From Chrysomallon squamiferum (taxonomy: Eukaryota; Animalia; Mollusca), in contig CM022679.1 in the NCBI GenBank assembly GCA_012295275.1, positions 13,578,001 through 13,642,000 of the forward strand: a stretch of DNA of 64,000 nucleotides. The letters run 5' to 3'. Each line of letters opens with the position of its first letter. The stretch's first letter is position 1. Under the pieces are notes generated by a model. That model saw only the letters and a list, made by a program, of their open reading frames with translations, was not told the DNA's origin and did not search any database. A program made the translations under genes and the position numbers. Positions 12,739 through 26,166 of this stretch are shown here, piece by piece.

Positions 12739-14631
12739 GGACTAATAGTAGTTTTTTTTCTTTTGTTGATATAACTCGTTACAAATTAACACTGGACTGC
12801 AAAAACGTAACTTGGAAGTATAAAGAATATATTTATACTACATTTTTCTAACCACCAAGGAGAGATTATATTTTCTATAAACTACATGTAAAGGAAATCA
12901 TTAATTAATAAATTAAAAAGACAAATGAAAACAACAGAAGAAGAAGAGAAATAATATTTAAAGTAAAAAATAAATAATGGAAGTGATGATGGCAGTAGCA
13001 TCAGTAATAGTAGTGGTAGTTGTAGTAGTAGTAGCAACAGTAGTAATGAACTTCATCAACAAAACCTGAGAATTGTGAGCAAACAATTCAAATCTATGTA
13101 TGTATGTATGTATGTATGTATGTATGTATCTATCTATCTATCTATCTATCTATCTGTCTGTCTATCTATCTAAATATCTATCTATCTATCTATGAAAAAG
13201 CAATATTGCATCTTATACAGGAAAATCGGTGATACTATAGTCTATCAAGCCTCCCATAAGTTTGTTAACGACATAATTATTTTCCTCCTCTAATTTCTTA
13301 TCCAGGCTCTGTTTTAAAAATAGAAATAGAAAACCAAAATTTATAACCGAAAATTGAGCGATATAGGACATATTATTATATTCTGTTTTATAAACATATT
13401 TCTATTTACTTTTGAATCATTTTATTATTTATATTTTATTTTTATTTTTATTTAATTTAATTTTATTTCATTTTATTTTAAATCATAAGAAAATGTGTAA
13501 TCATATGTAATCAATGTTACCTGTCCCGTAGCTGTATTTGCAGATGCAATGACAGGCTTTCTTTTCCTTCTTTCTTTCTTTCTTCTTTCTTTCTTTCTTA
13601 TTTATTTATTTGTTATTTTTATTGTAACGTTTTGTAATCTTTTTAGATGTTTATTATTATTATTATTATGTTATTATTGCAATATTTTATCTATTTATCT
13701 ATTTTTAATTTAACAATTTTGATATAAATCCATCATTTGTTAACTTATGTTCAAGTACTGAATATCTTACAAAGCAATATCTTTATGCCATTATTTTATA
13801 ATTAAAACAAGAGAAAAAGGAGAAAGAGAAAAAAAGGCTTCTTGAATGCTTCGTAATGTCTTTATTTTATGTACTTTGGGATTAACTTGAAGAAGCAATA
13901 ATAATAATAATTAAACTTTAAAAAAATAATAATAATAGTAAAAAATTAAAATAAAGACATATAATTTCCGGTATGGATTTACTATTAATTTGGAAATTAG
14001 AACTATTTATATCGCTTACGCGACACGTGATTATTTTGTCTGAATAAAGCTGAATACACGTCATTTCCCGCTTGAAACCTTGCCTCTACGTACTATTAAG
14101 TTATTGTGTGTTCAACTATACGATCACGGCAGTCCTCTCTCAATCCAATTTCCATCCAGAAAGAATACATTTTAAAATTCACTCATAACTATACCCAACC
14201 TAGCCTACATTTTTCTACTGTTCCTTTTTCTTAACATATACCGTATGAAATTTGTTTAATTCGTTTTTGTCTGTATATCGTTCTTAGATTATTATATTAC
14301 CGTATTAAATAGATGTTATGTGTTCTAAAGTTTAATGTTTTGGTAAATTTGAGGGTTAATATTTAGATTCGCGATTTCTCAGACTTTTGTATTAACTCTA
14401 TTGCTTTACGAAATCGAGTGCCACCTGTAAATTATTAAAAATATTGTATAGAATTAATTACCTGCAGACTGTCTGTATAATGTGTCTACGAAATATGAAT
14501 GTTGTGAGAGTATCTAAGGTAAATTATGGCATGACAAAATAACGTTTTGTATATTTTCGAAAGAAATTTAAAAAATAGAAAAAATAAATAAAAGAATAAT
14601 AAAAATAAAAATACTAATAAAAATAAATGAA

Positions 14632-14662
<31 letters not shown>

Positions 14663-14994
14663 TAATAAATATAATAATAATACATAAATTAATAAATTAA
14701 ATAAACAATAATAAAATATGTAAATAAAAAATATGTTTTATAAATATAAATTGTACTGAATATATTAAGTAAATAAATTGGTCGCTTATCTTGATCTTTA
14801 ATAGTGTACTATTGTTTCTTTGTAATGTCTTATTTCGTGCAATGACGTATGGGGTCACCTCACTGTGCCCGAACCTATTGTTATATATTACTTAAGCAGT
14901 CAAGGATAGCAAATGATAAAACAGTACGGGATTACAGTATAGTTTATTTTCCAAAAGACCAACAATGGATTAACATTTTACAGTCCAACAAAAA

Positions 14995-15765
14995 AAAAAG
15001 CAATCACTGGCAATCTTGATATGTTCCTTTTATTGTGTTCTACCTGTATTAGAGAAATGATCTCTATTGTGTTTACTCATCTGACAGCCCTGGACGAAAG
15101 CATCAACAATTACTTTCCGTCATTAAAGTCAGAAAAGAATGATTGGATTAGAGATCCTTTCATAAATTATTCTTCCAACACTGAACGTGAGTTATAGGAA
15201 GAATAAGAATTGGCCACCCTTTCTAACGACCAAGGGTTAAAATTAAAATATTTGAATCTGCCCATTGATTCATTTTGGATTTCAATTGAAGAGGAGTATC
15301 CCATATTATATAAAAGAGCTTTAGCAATTTTATTACAATTTTCAACTTCTTACATATGTGAATTAGGCTTCTCAACATTAAACAACATCAAAAACATGAA
15401 GCACTGGAGATTACGTACAATGGAAGAAGACACGAGGGTGTGTCCGTCTCATATTTGACGAAACATTGACGAAATTATGAATAAAAGTCAGGCACAAATT
15501 TGTCACTAAAGAAGCCAGCTATTTGACTCATGAAATTAGAACTACTGCAATGAAGTGAGTTCATAGCTGTGTTTTTCTTTATTTAGTTTGAGTCATTCTA
15601 TGTGTCTATGACTAATTTGTGTCTACGGTTGTCTGCTGTCTATGACTTGCCATGTTTTTATTTTGCAAAATTCAAATATTTTTCATGTATATTTAGCCAG
15701 GTGTGCCGCTATTTTTTCCTGTGTTCCAAGGTGTGCCGTTGGCAAAAAAAGGTTGAGAATCACTG
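14995..15765 (+). mobile_element. 3' fragment of hAT (Buster/ZBED8-SCAND3-like) transposon
   Basis: HLTALDESINNYFP..WIRDPF and FWISIEEEYPILYKRALAILLQFSTSYICELGFS (hAT dimerisation region), with stop codons. 3' TIR ggttgagaatcactg followed by gacTAcac. Confidence 0.85.
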
Positions 15766-16264
15766 GACTACACGATCGCGGCAGTCCTGTCTCAATCCAA
15801 TTTCCATCAAGGTAAGAATACATTTTACAATTCACCCATAACTATACCCAACGTACTCTACATTTTTCTTCTGTTCCTTTTTCTTAAATTTGTTTAATTT
15901 CTTTTTGTCTGTATGTTTTTCTTAGATTATTCTATTACCGTATTAAATAGATGTTATGTGTTCTAAAGTTTAATGTTTTGGTAAATTTGAGGGTTAATAT
16001 TTAGATTCGCGATTTCCCAGACTTTTTTGTTAACTCTATTGCTTTACGAAATCGAGTGTCACCTGTAAATTATTAAAAATATTGTATAGAATTAATTACC
16101 TGCAGACTGTCTGTATAATGTGTCTACGGAATATGAACGTTGTGAGAGTATCTAAGGTAAATAATGACATGGAAAATAACGTTTTGTATATTTTCGAAAG
16201 AAATTTTAAAAATAGAAAAAATAAATAAAATAATAATAAAAATAAAAATACAAATATGAAGGAA

Positions 16265-16300
<36 letters not shown>

Positions 16301-16977
16301 AATAGTACATAAATTAATAAATTAAATAAACACTAATAAAATATGTAAATAAAAAATATGTTTTATAAATATAAATTGTACGGAATATATTAAATAAATA
16401 AATTGGTCGCTTATTTTGATCTTTAATACTGTACTACTGTTTCTTCATAATCTTTTATTTCGCATAATGACATACGGGGTCACCTCACTGTGCTCGCACC
16501 TGTTATTATATATCACGTGATTCGTGATATCTCCTACGCGACAGGTAAATCTGAACAAAACGTCATTTCCGACTTGAAACCTTGCCAGTTTTTCCTGTAG
16601 AGGATGTATTTAAATATTCCTCGGAATACTCTTCAATTTAACTGATTCTTAAAAATAAATAAATAGAAAAAATAAAAAATAACATGATTCGTAGGACTGG
16701 CACCATTAATTAATCGCTTATTTTGGACTGGCAATCCATTTGTTTTTGTCCTGTCAAGAAACGGTTCCAGAATATTTCTGTCATTCCCCAGTTCGGTGAC
16801 ATACATTAAAACAAGTTGATCCTATGGATCCGGTACTATCATTTTCAGTTTTCAATGTCCGTGTGTGTGTGTGTGTGTGTGTGTTTGTTCAGTGGTTCCA
16901 GAAGTTTCTGTCATTCCCCAGTTCGGTGACATACATTAAAACAAGTTGATCCTATGGAGTATGTATGTGTGTATGTA

Positions 16978-17010
<33 letters not shown>

Positions 17011-17143
17011 ATGTATGTATGTATGTATGTGTGTGTGTATGTGTGTGTATGTATGTTATGTATTTTCGCATAACCAAATACACTCTTTAACTGGAATTTA
17101 GAGAAATAATAACAGTACAGTTTTATTTTCAGAAGTAATCAAT

Positions 17144-17306
17144 ATGACACATGGAAAAACGTTTAGATGTGGCCACGATGTATGTGAGGGGATAGAACAG
17201 TACTGTGTACCTGAAGACAACAGGTGCTATTACTGCAAAGACATCAGTGACTTGTGCCCTACAACACGTTTGGTTTTCCCTAAACAGTGTAATCCATTAT
17301 GTATGG
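17144..17306 (+). CDS. TNFR-like receptor copy B, Cys-rich-domain exon
   Basis: Acceptor ends at 17132, ATG at 17144, donor G|gtagg. MTHGKTFRCGHDVCEGIEQYCVPEDNRCYYCKDISDLCPTTRLVFPKQCNPLCM. Confidence 0.85.
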
Positions 17307-17323
17307 GTAGGTAAATGTGTGTA

Positions 17324-17361
<38 letters not shown>

Positions 17362-17804
17362 TGTCTGTCTGTTTGAATATTTATGAATGAATATGTGTAT
17401 GTGTTTTATTAGCTTTAAAGGTTCTTAATAAGAAGACCTATTTTTGCTATTTCTATATTTTAAAATGTTTCTATATCAATACTGAAGCATTTTTATTGTG
17501 TCTTTTTATTTGAATAAATAAACAGATCTTCACAAAATTACAGTTACAACTTTTCTGTTTATTGTTTTTGTTTCAGATTTCCTTCATAATCAGACAGGTA
17601 AGAATTATTAATTGTTACAGCTATAAAATAATAAATGTTTGAGTTTGTATATTTATCGTATGTGTGAGTGTGTTTATATGTACGTAAATATATGTATGTT
17701 TATGTGGATGTATGCATGTACGTATATATGTGTGTGTCTATGTATTTATGTATGTTTATGTGGATTTGCATGTACATATATAAATATATACGTATGTTTG
17801 TATG

Positions 17805-17846
<42 letters not shown>

Positions 17847-18737
17847 TAAGAATTATAAAACGCACTGGCAAAGAAATGTTTTTATTAAAAAAAAAATCAT
17901 TCGAGTTTAAAGTTTCCTTGTAATGTATATTACAGTTTGCTTTTGGTCCTTTCTGAATGAGTATGTGTTTGTGTGTGTTTTATTAGTTAGTTACAAAGGT
18001 TTCTAATAAGAAGAAATGTTTTTCTATTTGTATATTTTAAAATGTTTCTATAAAGCAGGTCTTTCTAGGCTAGATGATACTATATTTTATAACAGTAAGG
18101 TAACATTTTTATTATGTCTTGTTATTTGATAAATAAATAATAAATAAATAAACAGATAAACAAACAAACAAACAAATAAACACACAGATCTTCACAACTT
18201 TTGTTTTTGATCTCATTTTGTAGAGTAACATTTTTTCTGTGTACTTATTTCACAGATTATATTTGTTTTCTGTTTTAGTTTCAGATTTCCTTGATAATCA
18301 GACAACAAAAGGTAAGGCTTTATTACAGCCACAAAATAATGAATGTTTGTTTGTGTATATCTGTTCTTATGTGTTTGTGTGTGTGTGTATGTGTGTGTGT
18401 ATATATATATATATTTATATTTATATATGAATCTATGTTTGTTCATGTATGTATGTATGTGTGTATGTATGTTCATATGTATGTGTGTTTGCATATATAT
18501 ATTTGTGTGTAGGTATGTATTCACATATTATGGCAGTATATGGATATGTATGTTTGTATGTATGTGTGTTCGTATGTATGTTTGTGTATGAATGTATGTG
18601 TGTATAAATGTATATATGTTTGTATGTATGTGTGTATGTATATGTATTATGGCAGTAGTCTGGTTTGCTGTATAAAAATGGCTGAATTCATAGTTGTTTT
18701 CACGGGTGCTTGTTACAAAGCTTTGGTTTTATTTCAG

Positions 18738-18926
18738 ATGTCCCCCAGAGTCAGGAAGACCTTTATTATACACTTTTCATAGCAAGTCTAATAATAGCAG
18801 CAGGATTATCAGTTGCAGGTATAGTATTTTTTCTACAGGGGATCATTCGAAGTAAAAACAAAAACAAAGATGGTGTTGAGCAAAATGAAGAACAAGTAGA
18901 ACTAACGAAAAAAGACAAAATAGCAG
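18738..18926 (+). CDS. TNFR-like copy B, transmembrane exon
   Basis: atttcag|...CAG|gtgagt, 189 nt, phase 1-1. DVPQSQEDLYYTLFIASLIIAAGLSVAGIVFFLQGIIRSKNK...DKIA. Confidence 0.85.
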
Positions 18927-20049
18927 GTGAGTTGACAGATGTATATTTCCAGTTAACCAAATTGAAAAAACACACTCACACACGTAAACACAAATCCACT
19001 CACACAACACTGCATATGTTTCAATTCAGATTAGTTTACAGTTCTGTCAAAGAACATAAATTTGTTGTTACGTGCTAGTCAATAGTCTAAATGCACTGTG
19101 TATTCTTTCAGTATTTTATTTGTTTCTTCTAACCAGTTTCTCGTAATAATAAAGAATGTACATAATATGATGCTGTTGCTCCAGGAGTAACATATGAACG
19201 CTGACATTTCCTGCCTTTGCAAATGCATGTATGACTGTTATAAAAACATTTGAGTCTATTTGTGTGAATTCCCATTACTCACTGTTTGTATATAAATGTC
19301 TTTAATGAATGCTGCTGCTTTTTTCGCTGTGACAGCATCCTTTAGGATAGCTTGGTCCTATTAATATTTGATTTTTTTTCACTGACTCACTCATGCACAC
19401 ATCCATTAACTTACTCACTCGCACATGTATATAAACACACATACAGATGCATACATAAATGCACGAAATAATAATTATTGAATCATATTGGTCTTATCCG
19501 TACAAAAAAACCTTGATGGTATGAGTCCACATCTTTTTCTAACAACTTACAACAAATCAGTCCTGATCACCATTGATGCAAATAAAGGGGGAAGATTACA
19601 GTACTGATCCTTGTCATTTATATACATATATAAACAAATAAAAACAAACAAAAAACAAAACAAGAATGTAGTTTTGCCATTTGTTCATACTGTCAAAGTA
19701 GAGCCCTACATTAAGGTCAAATGAAGATCACTACTGTTAATTTGAACAAACAAAATTAATTTGTGTAAAATATTTTCTTTAATATCTTGCTGTGTCACTG
19801 CTGTAAAATATTAATTTTTGTTCAGTTTATAACAATTTCTGACTGATGCTATTACATGTATTTTAGATTAATTATGAGAATAACATTACAGCCTTGTAAA
19901 ATGTGTACATGAAATGTGATATGTATGAGTTGTACAATGAAACTAATTTCTGAGTACTATATTTTTAACAATGTTTATTTCATTTTCTTTTTATTATTGT
20001 ATTTATTGCTATTGTTGTTGTTGTGTTGTTGTTATTGTTGTTGTTGTTG

Positions 20050-20086
<37 letters not shown>

Positions 20087-20114
20087 CAAGATGATTATTA
20101 TTATTATTATCAAG

Positions 20115-20275
20115 ATGAGCCTTCTGGACAGAATTGGAGAAATAGTGAAAGATACAATGCAGATGAGACCATTACTGTTGAAGATAATGATACACAGTAT
20201 TCCAAATGGATTTATCCCAAAATAGTGATTCCAATCGAAGATAAAGAAGGGCTAAAGGCTAATGAAAGTTTGTAA
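20115..20275 (+). CDS. TNFR-like copy B, terminal cytoplasmic exon (5' boundary uncertain)
   Basis: DEPSGQNWRNSERYNADETITVEDNDTQYSKWIYPKIVIPIEDKEGLKANESL* aligns to the C-terminal half of the copy D tail. Only weak in-phase acceptors are available (aag at 20090/20114, cag at 20162). Confidence 0.55.
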
Positions 20276-21138
20276 AATGAAAAAAAAAAAGGAAATTTTT
20301 ATACAATTTTATTTCAGCTTGTTTAGATATTTTTTTATTTTTATTTATTTTTTTATTTTATTTATTTATTTTATTTTATTTTTATTTATTTAATAATTTT
20401 ATTTTATTTATTTCAATTGTTTATATATTTATTTTTTATTTGATTTGATTTATATTATTTATTAATTTATTTAATTTAGTTTAATTTTGTAATTTAGTTT
20501 ATTTATTCTGTTTCATATTTATTTCATTTCATTTTATTTTATTAATTTAATTATTTATTTTATTTATTTATTTATTATTTTATTTATTTATTTATTTTAT
20601 TTTTATTTATTTAATAATTTTTTCTTCAATTGTTTATATATTTATTTTATTTAATTTTATTTATTCTATTAATTAATTAATTTAATTTAATTTAATTTAA
20701 TTTTTAATTTCTTTAATTTATTCTGTTTTATATTTATTTCATTTCATTTTATTTTATTTATTTAATAATTTAATTGTTAATCTAATTTAATTTTATATTA
20801 TTTCAATTTGTTTAAATATTTATTTTATTTTATTTTATTAATTAATTTAATTTTAATTTTTTAAATTTATTTTATTTTATTCTATTTTATATTTACTTTA
20901 TTTTATTTTAATTTATTTATAAATTTAATTTTTACTTTAACTTAATTTTATGTTGATATACGTTTGCTTCGGTATTATGTTTTTATTTCAGATTGCTTAC
21001 TTATTCTAATAGATTATTGTACAGGATAGATTATTGTAAAAAAAAAAAAAATGAAAAAAGTATATCCTAGATGAATAATATTTGCGAAAGTCAAACCATT
21101 TTATATATTTTATTTTATTTTATTTATTTCATAATGAA

Positions 21139-21203
21139 TTCCAGAAACAGAAACAGAAACACTGCTGATGTTAATGATGATGATACAGTGATTACCATAC
21201 ATT
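21139..21203 (+). pseudogene. Fragment of the receptor terminal exon
   Basis: ttccagaaacagaaacagaaacactg..gatgatgatacagtgattaccatacat matches 58772-58823. Confidence 0.6.
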
Positions 21204-21789
21204 ATTTAATTTTTAATTTTATTATTTTTTATTTTGTTTATATATATTTTTATATATTTAGTTTATTTTATTTATTTATTCATTCATTCATCCATCATTG
21301 ATTCTTTTATATTATTTTATTTTATTATACTTTATTTTAATTTATTTTATTATAAGTCAGTTTGTTTATATATTTATTTTATTATATTTATTATTATATT
21401 TAATAATTTAATTTTTAATTTAATTTAATTTTATTTCAATTTATTTATAAATCTATTTTAATTTATTATTAATTTAATTTAATTTTATTTATTTTTATTT
21501 ATTTAATGATTTAATTTTAATTTTATTTAATTTTAACCAATTTATTCATTCATTTACTGTAGTTCAGTTTTGGGTTTAATACTGTAACAAGCCACATTTA
21601 AAAAATATCTTCTCTTATAACTACTTTTCATTTAATTTTGTTATGTTGATATATATCTGCTTCGATATCATGTTTTTATATCAGACTGCTTAGTTAATCT
21701 AATAGATAAGTTTATTTATTTATTTTTTATTTCAGTTTGTTTATATATTATATTATATTATATTATATCATATTATATTATATTTTACT

Positions 21790-21820
<31 letters not shown>

Positions 21821-22237
21821 TCAATCTATCTGTCTATTTTATTTTATTTTTATTTATTTAATAATTTAATTTTTAATTTAATTTAATGTTATTTCAATTT
21901 GTTTATATATTTATTTTATTTTATTTTATTTCATTTTATTTATTAACTAATTAATTAAATTTAATATTTACCATTTGATATAGAGCAGTTACCATATTTA
22001 GGAAGGCTTGAAGTATGATTTTTTATTGTTATTCTACATAATGTGTCTGAGTTATTTGTTTAAGATTGTTTTATAATGTACATGAATACTGAGTGTGTAT
22101 ATTACAATTATTTAGTTAATGAACCAACTATACAAAATTACATATGTAAACAATGTCAAATACCAAATGATAGAAATATATAAACAAAGGTAAATACAAT
22201 ACAAAACGAAAATAAGACCACATCTTTATGACACTCA

Positions 22238-22470
22238 CATTACTATGTACATGTTCTAAAACAGCTGATATACTACTGTTGTAAATACAATAGAAAACGA
22301 AATTATTATGTACATGTTCTAACAACTAATATACTACTGTTGTAATTACAATAGAAAATGAAATTATTATGTACATGTTCTAACAACTAATTCACTACAG
22401 TTGTAAATACAATAGAAAATGAAATTATTATGTACATGTTCTAACAACTAATATACTACTGTTGTTCTAA
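22238..22470. repeat. ~61-bp tandem repeat, ~4 units (another ~3 units at 23735-23905)
   Basis: Unit ttattatgtacatgttctaacaactaatatactactgttgtaaatacaatagaaaatgaaa. Confidence 0.85.
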
Positions 22471-22721
22471 CTAAAGTGTCTGACTTATTTAGTATAAGAT
22501 TAATAATTTGTAATGAATGTAACTAATTTATGCAGAATTAGAAAACACATAAGAGAGGATAAAAAAAATGTCATTGTTATAATAGTGTAACAAACCATAA
22601 CAAAAAAACTACTTCTTCTTCTTCACAAGTTACAGATAACTTAGGTTTTTTTCATCATATTATTATTACTTTTATTATTATTATTATTTTTTAATTAGAA
22701 ATAATAAAATGAAATAGCCAC

Positions 22722-22837
22722 CTCCTTTAAATGGAATAAGGCCAAATTTAGAAATTTCCTGATACACTTCAGTTCCATACATCTTTTCTTGATTGTTTTT
22801 CCTACTTCAGTACAGTGTCCATAACCATCACCGCAAG
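22722..22837 (-). pseudogene. Frameshifted copy of the antisense Cys-rich module exon
   Basis: 116 nt; CGDGYGHCTEVGKTIKKRCMELKCIR followed by a 1-nt deletion. Confidence 0.6.
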
Positions 22838-24617
22838 CTGATAGAACAACAGTAGAATGAACTTAGTATTAACATATTTGATTATTGTAGACATATTAGT
22901 TTTGTTTGTGGTATATGTATTATTATTATATATTAATATTTTGTTTTGAAGTGTTTGACTTATCAATATATAATGTATGTTTCAGTAATAATTATGTAGT
23001 GTTCACTGTAACAGTGTACATGAATTCATTCCAATTAATGGGGAGAAAATTTTTGGGATCCGAATGAGATCACAAATGTATCAGACTGCTTACTTAATCT
23101 AACAGATTATTGTACAGGATAGATTATTGTTAAAAAATACCCCCAAAACCCACAAAGTACATGCTAGATGAATAATGTTTGTGAAAGTCAAACCATTTTA
23201 TTTATCTTATTTTATTTTATTTCATTACAGTTTGTATATATATTATATTATATTATGTTTTACTTTATTTATTTATTTATTTATTTATTTATCTATTTAT
23301 TTATTTGTTTTATTTTTATTTATTTAATAATTTAATTTTTAATTTAATTTATTTTATTTCAGTTTGTTTTTATATTTATTTTATTTTATTTTATTTCATT
23401 TTATTTTAATAATATTTATGAAAGTCATAAGATGAAGAAACTTAATCAGGTAGATGATGTCACCATTTGATATAGAGTAGTTAAATAATGATATTTATGG
23501 AGGTTAGAAGTATGATTTTTTATTGTTATTCCAGATAATGTGTCTAAGTTATTTGTTTAAGATTGTTTTATAATGTACATGAATACTGAGAGTGTATAGC
23601 ACAATTATTTAGTTAATGAATCAAATATGAAAAGATGCATATGTAAACAATGTTGAATACCAATGGTAAAATATATAAACAAAGGTAAATACAATACAAA
23701 ACGAAAATAAGGTCAAATCATTATGACACTCCCATTATTATGTACCTGTTCTAACACAATCAATATACTACTGTTGTAAATACAATAGAAAATGAAATTA
23801 TTATGTACATGTTCTAATACAACAAATGTATTATTCTTGTAAATACAATAGAAAACGATGTTATTATGTACATGTTCTAACAATTAATTTACTACTGTTG
23901 TTGTAGATAAAATGATCGACATATTTAGTATAAGATTAATAATATATGTAGTATTCACTAAAAAAAGTATCTTATTTTATTTTATTTCATTACAGTTTGT
24001 ATATTATATTATATTATATTATGTTTTACTTTTAGTTTTAGTTTTATTCTGAAATAAAAATATATTTGTTTATTGAATATATTTTGTGACTTTTAAATGT
24101 TTATCATCTTGAAGCAATCATACAAACACTATAATAACAATATTAATCAAAATGAGTTATTAACCACCTTTTTCAAACACTTCTATTATAAATATTTGAA
24201 ATTTGAGTCGAAAGTGAACACGAAACGAAATAATTACAGAAAAGCAAATAAGTACATATGTGTGTGTGTGTGTGAGTGCGTGCGTGTGTCTGATTTAGAA
24301 AAAACAACAACACATAAATGATAAACTTGTAATACCAGTATTTTCTGCGGACTACCAGATTTTCTAATGGTAAAAAATAAAAATATCATTTAAAAAATTA
24401 TATTTTCAGAGATGGATTTATTTTTGACTTGAAAATTCCAAACTATTTATAGTGTTTATGTGACACGTGAATTTCCTTTTAGATCAAATCTGAACATACC
24501 GTCATTTGCCGCTATAAACCTGATAACATTCATAACATTTGAAACTTCTGAAACTTTGATCATTGAGAAGAAATAGAAATATTTGAATTAAACAGCGCTG
24601 AATTAATGATTGAAACA

Positions 24618-25016
24618 ACAATCTGAAATTCTGTCAGCTCTCTTATCTTTGCTAACAATCTGAAATTCTGTCAACTTTCTTACCTTTGCTAACAATCTGA
24701 AATTCTATCGATCTTTGCTAACAATCTGAAATTCTGTCAACTTTCTTATCTTTGCTAACAATCTGAAATTCTATCGATCTTTGCTAACAATCTGAAATTC
24801 TGTCAACTTTCTTATCTTTGCTAACAGTCTGAAATTCTATCGATTCTCTTATCTTTGCTAACAAACTGAAATTCTGTCGACTTTCTTATCTTTGCTAACA
24901 GTCTGAAATTCTATCGATTCTCTTATCTTTGCTAACAATCTGAAATTCTGTCAACTTTCTTATCTTTGCTAACAGTCTGAAATTCTATCGATTCTCTTAC
25001 CTTTGCTAACAGTCTG
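24618..25016. repeat. Minisatellite, ~29-38-bp units, ~11 copies
   Basis: Unit acaatctgaaattctgtcaactttcttatctttgcta with variants. Confidence 0.9.
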
Positions 25017-25126
25017 ACTTTTCCACTGAAAATGTGTTTTGTTGCTGTTGTTAATGCATGTGAATTTCGAACAGCTGTATGACCAACTTGCTCCTTCATC
25101 ATAGCATTTGCCATTAAAGGAACATC
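25001..25126 (-). CDS. Symmetric phase-1 exon encoding a VWC-like Cys-rich module
   Basis: Acceptor tatttattttacag, donor AAG|gtaaga, 126 nt open. (G)CSFNGKCYDEGASWSYSCSKFTCINNSNKTHFQWKSQTVSK. Confidence 0.65.
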
Positions 25127-26098
25127 CTGTAAAATAAATAAATAAGTAAGTAAATAATTTTTTATTTTTTATTTTTTAAATTTAAAAAAAATAAGCAGAT
25201 AAACAATGGAAGAGATGGTGGTAGTAGTAGTAATGATAGTGGCAGTGGTAGTGGTAGTAATGGTAGTAGTTGTAGTAGTATTGATTTTAGTAGTAGTAGC
25301 AGTAGTAGTATTGAAAAAGAAAACAACGGCAACAACAATTTAATCAGCAGAAACTCAGAATTGTGAGTAAACAATTCAAATCTATCTATCTATCAATGAA
25401 AAAGCAATACTGCATGTTATACAGGACAACAATATCGGTGATAATGTGTCATTCAACCCTCGCAAAACTTTGTTAACGATATAATTATTTTCCTCCTTTA
25501 ATTTCTTATCCAGGTTCTGTTTTAAAAAATAGAAAAGGAAAACCAAAATTTATGTCCTAAAATTATTATATTTTATTTTATAAACATACTTTTTATTTTA
25601 TTTTGATTCATTTTATAATATATTTTAATTTTAATTTTGATTTTAATTTATTTTAAATCATATGAAAATGTACATATGTGTAATCAATGTTTTCTGTCCA
25701 TAAGCTGTATTTGCAGAAGCGATTACTAGCTTTTCTTTCTTTCTTTCTTTGTTTCGTTCTTCTTCTTCTTCGTCTCTTTTTATTATTATTATTATTTAAT
25801 TATACTTTTTTTTATTGCAACTTTTGTAAATTTTTATTAGATGTTTATTATTATTATTGTTATTTTTGCAATATTTCATTTATTTATCTATTTATTTATA
25901 TTATAGTTTTAATTTAACACTTTTCGCCTAAAACCAGCATTTGGTAACTTATGCTCATGTACTGAATATCTTTCAAAATAGTATTTCTGTGTCAGCCATT
26001 ATTTTATAATTAACGAAGGAATTAAAAGGTAAAAAAAGAAGCTTTTTTAATAGTTCGTAATATCTTTTTTTATGTATTTTTTGGTTAACTTGAAGTAC

Positions 26099-26166
<68 letters not shown>

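Noticed and set aside
24618-25016. CRISPR-like array of ~37-bp repeats
   Set aside because: Head-to-tail units without unique spacers, eukaryotic context, no cas genes.
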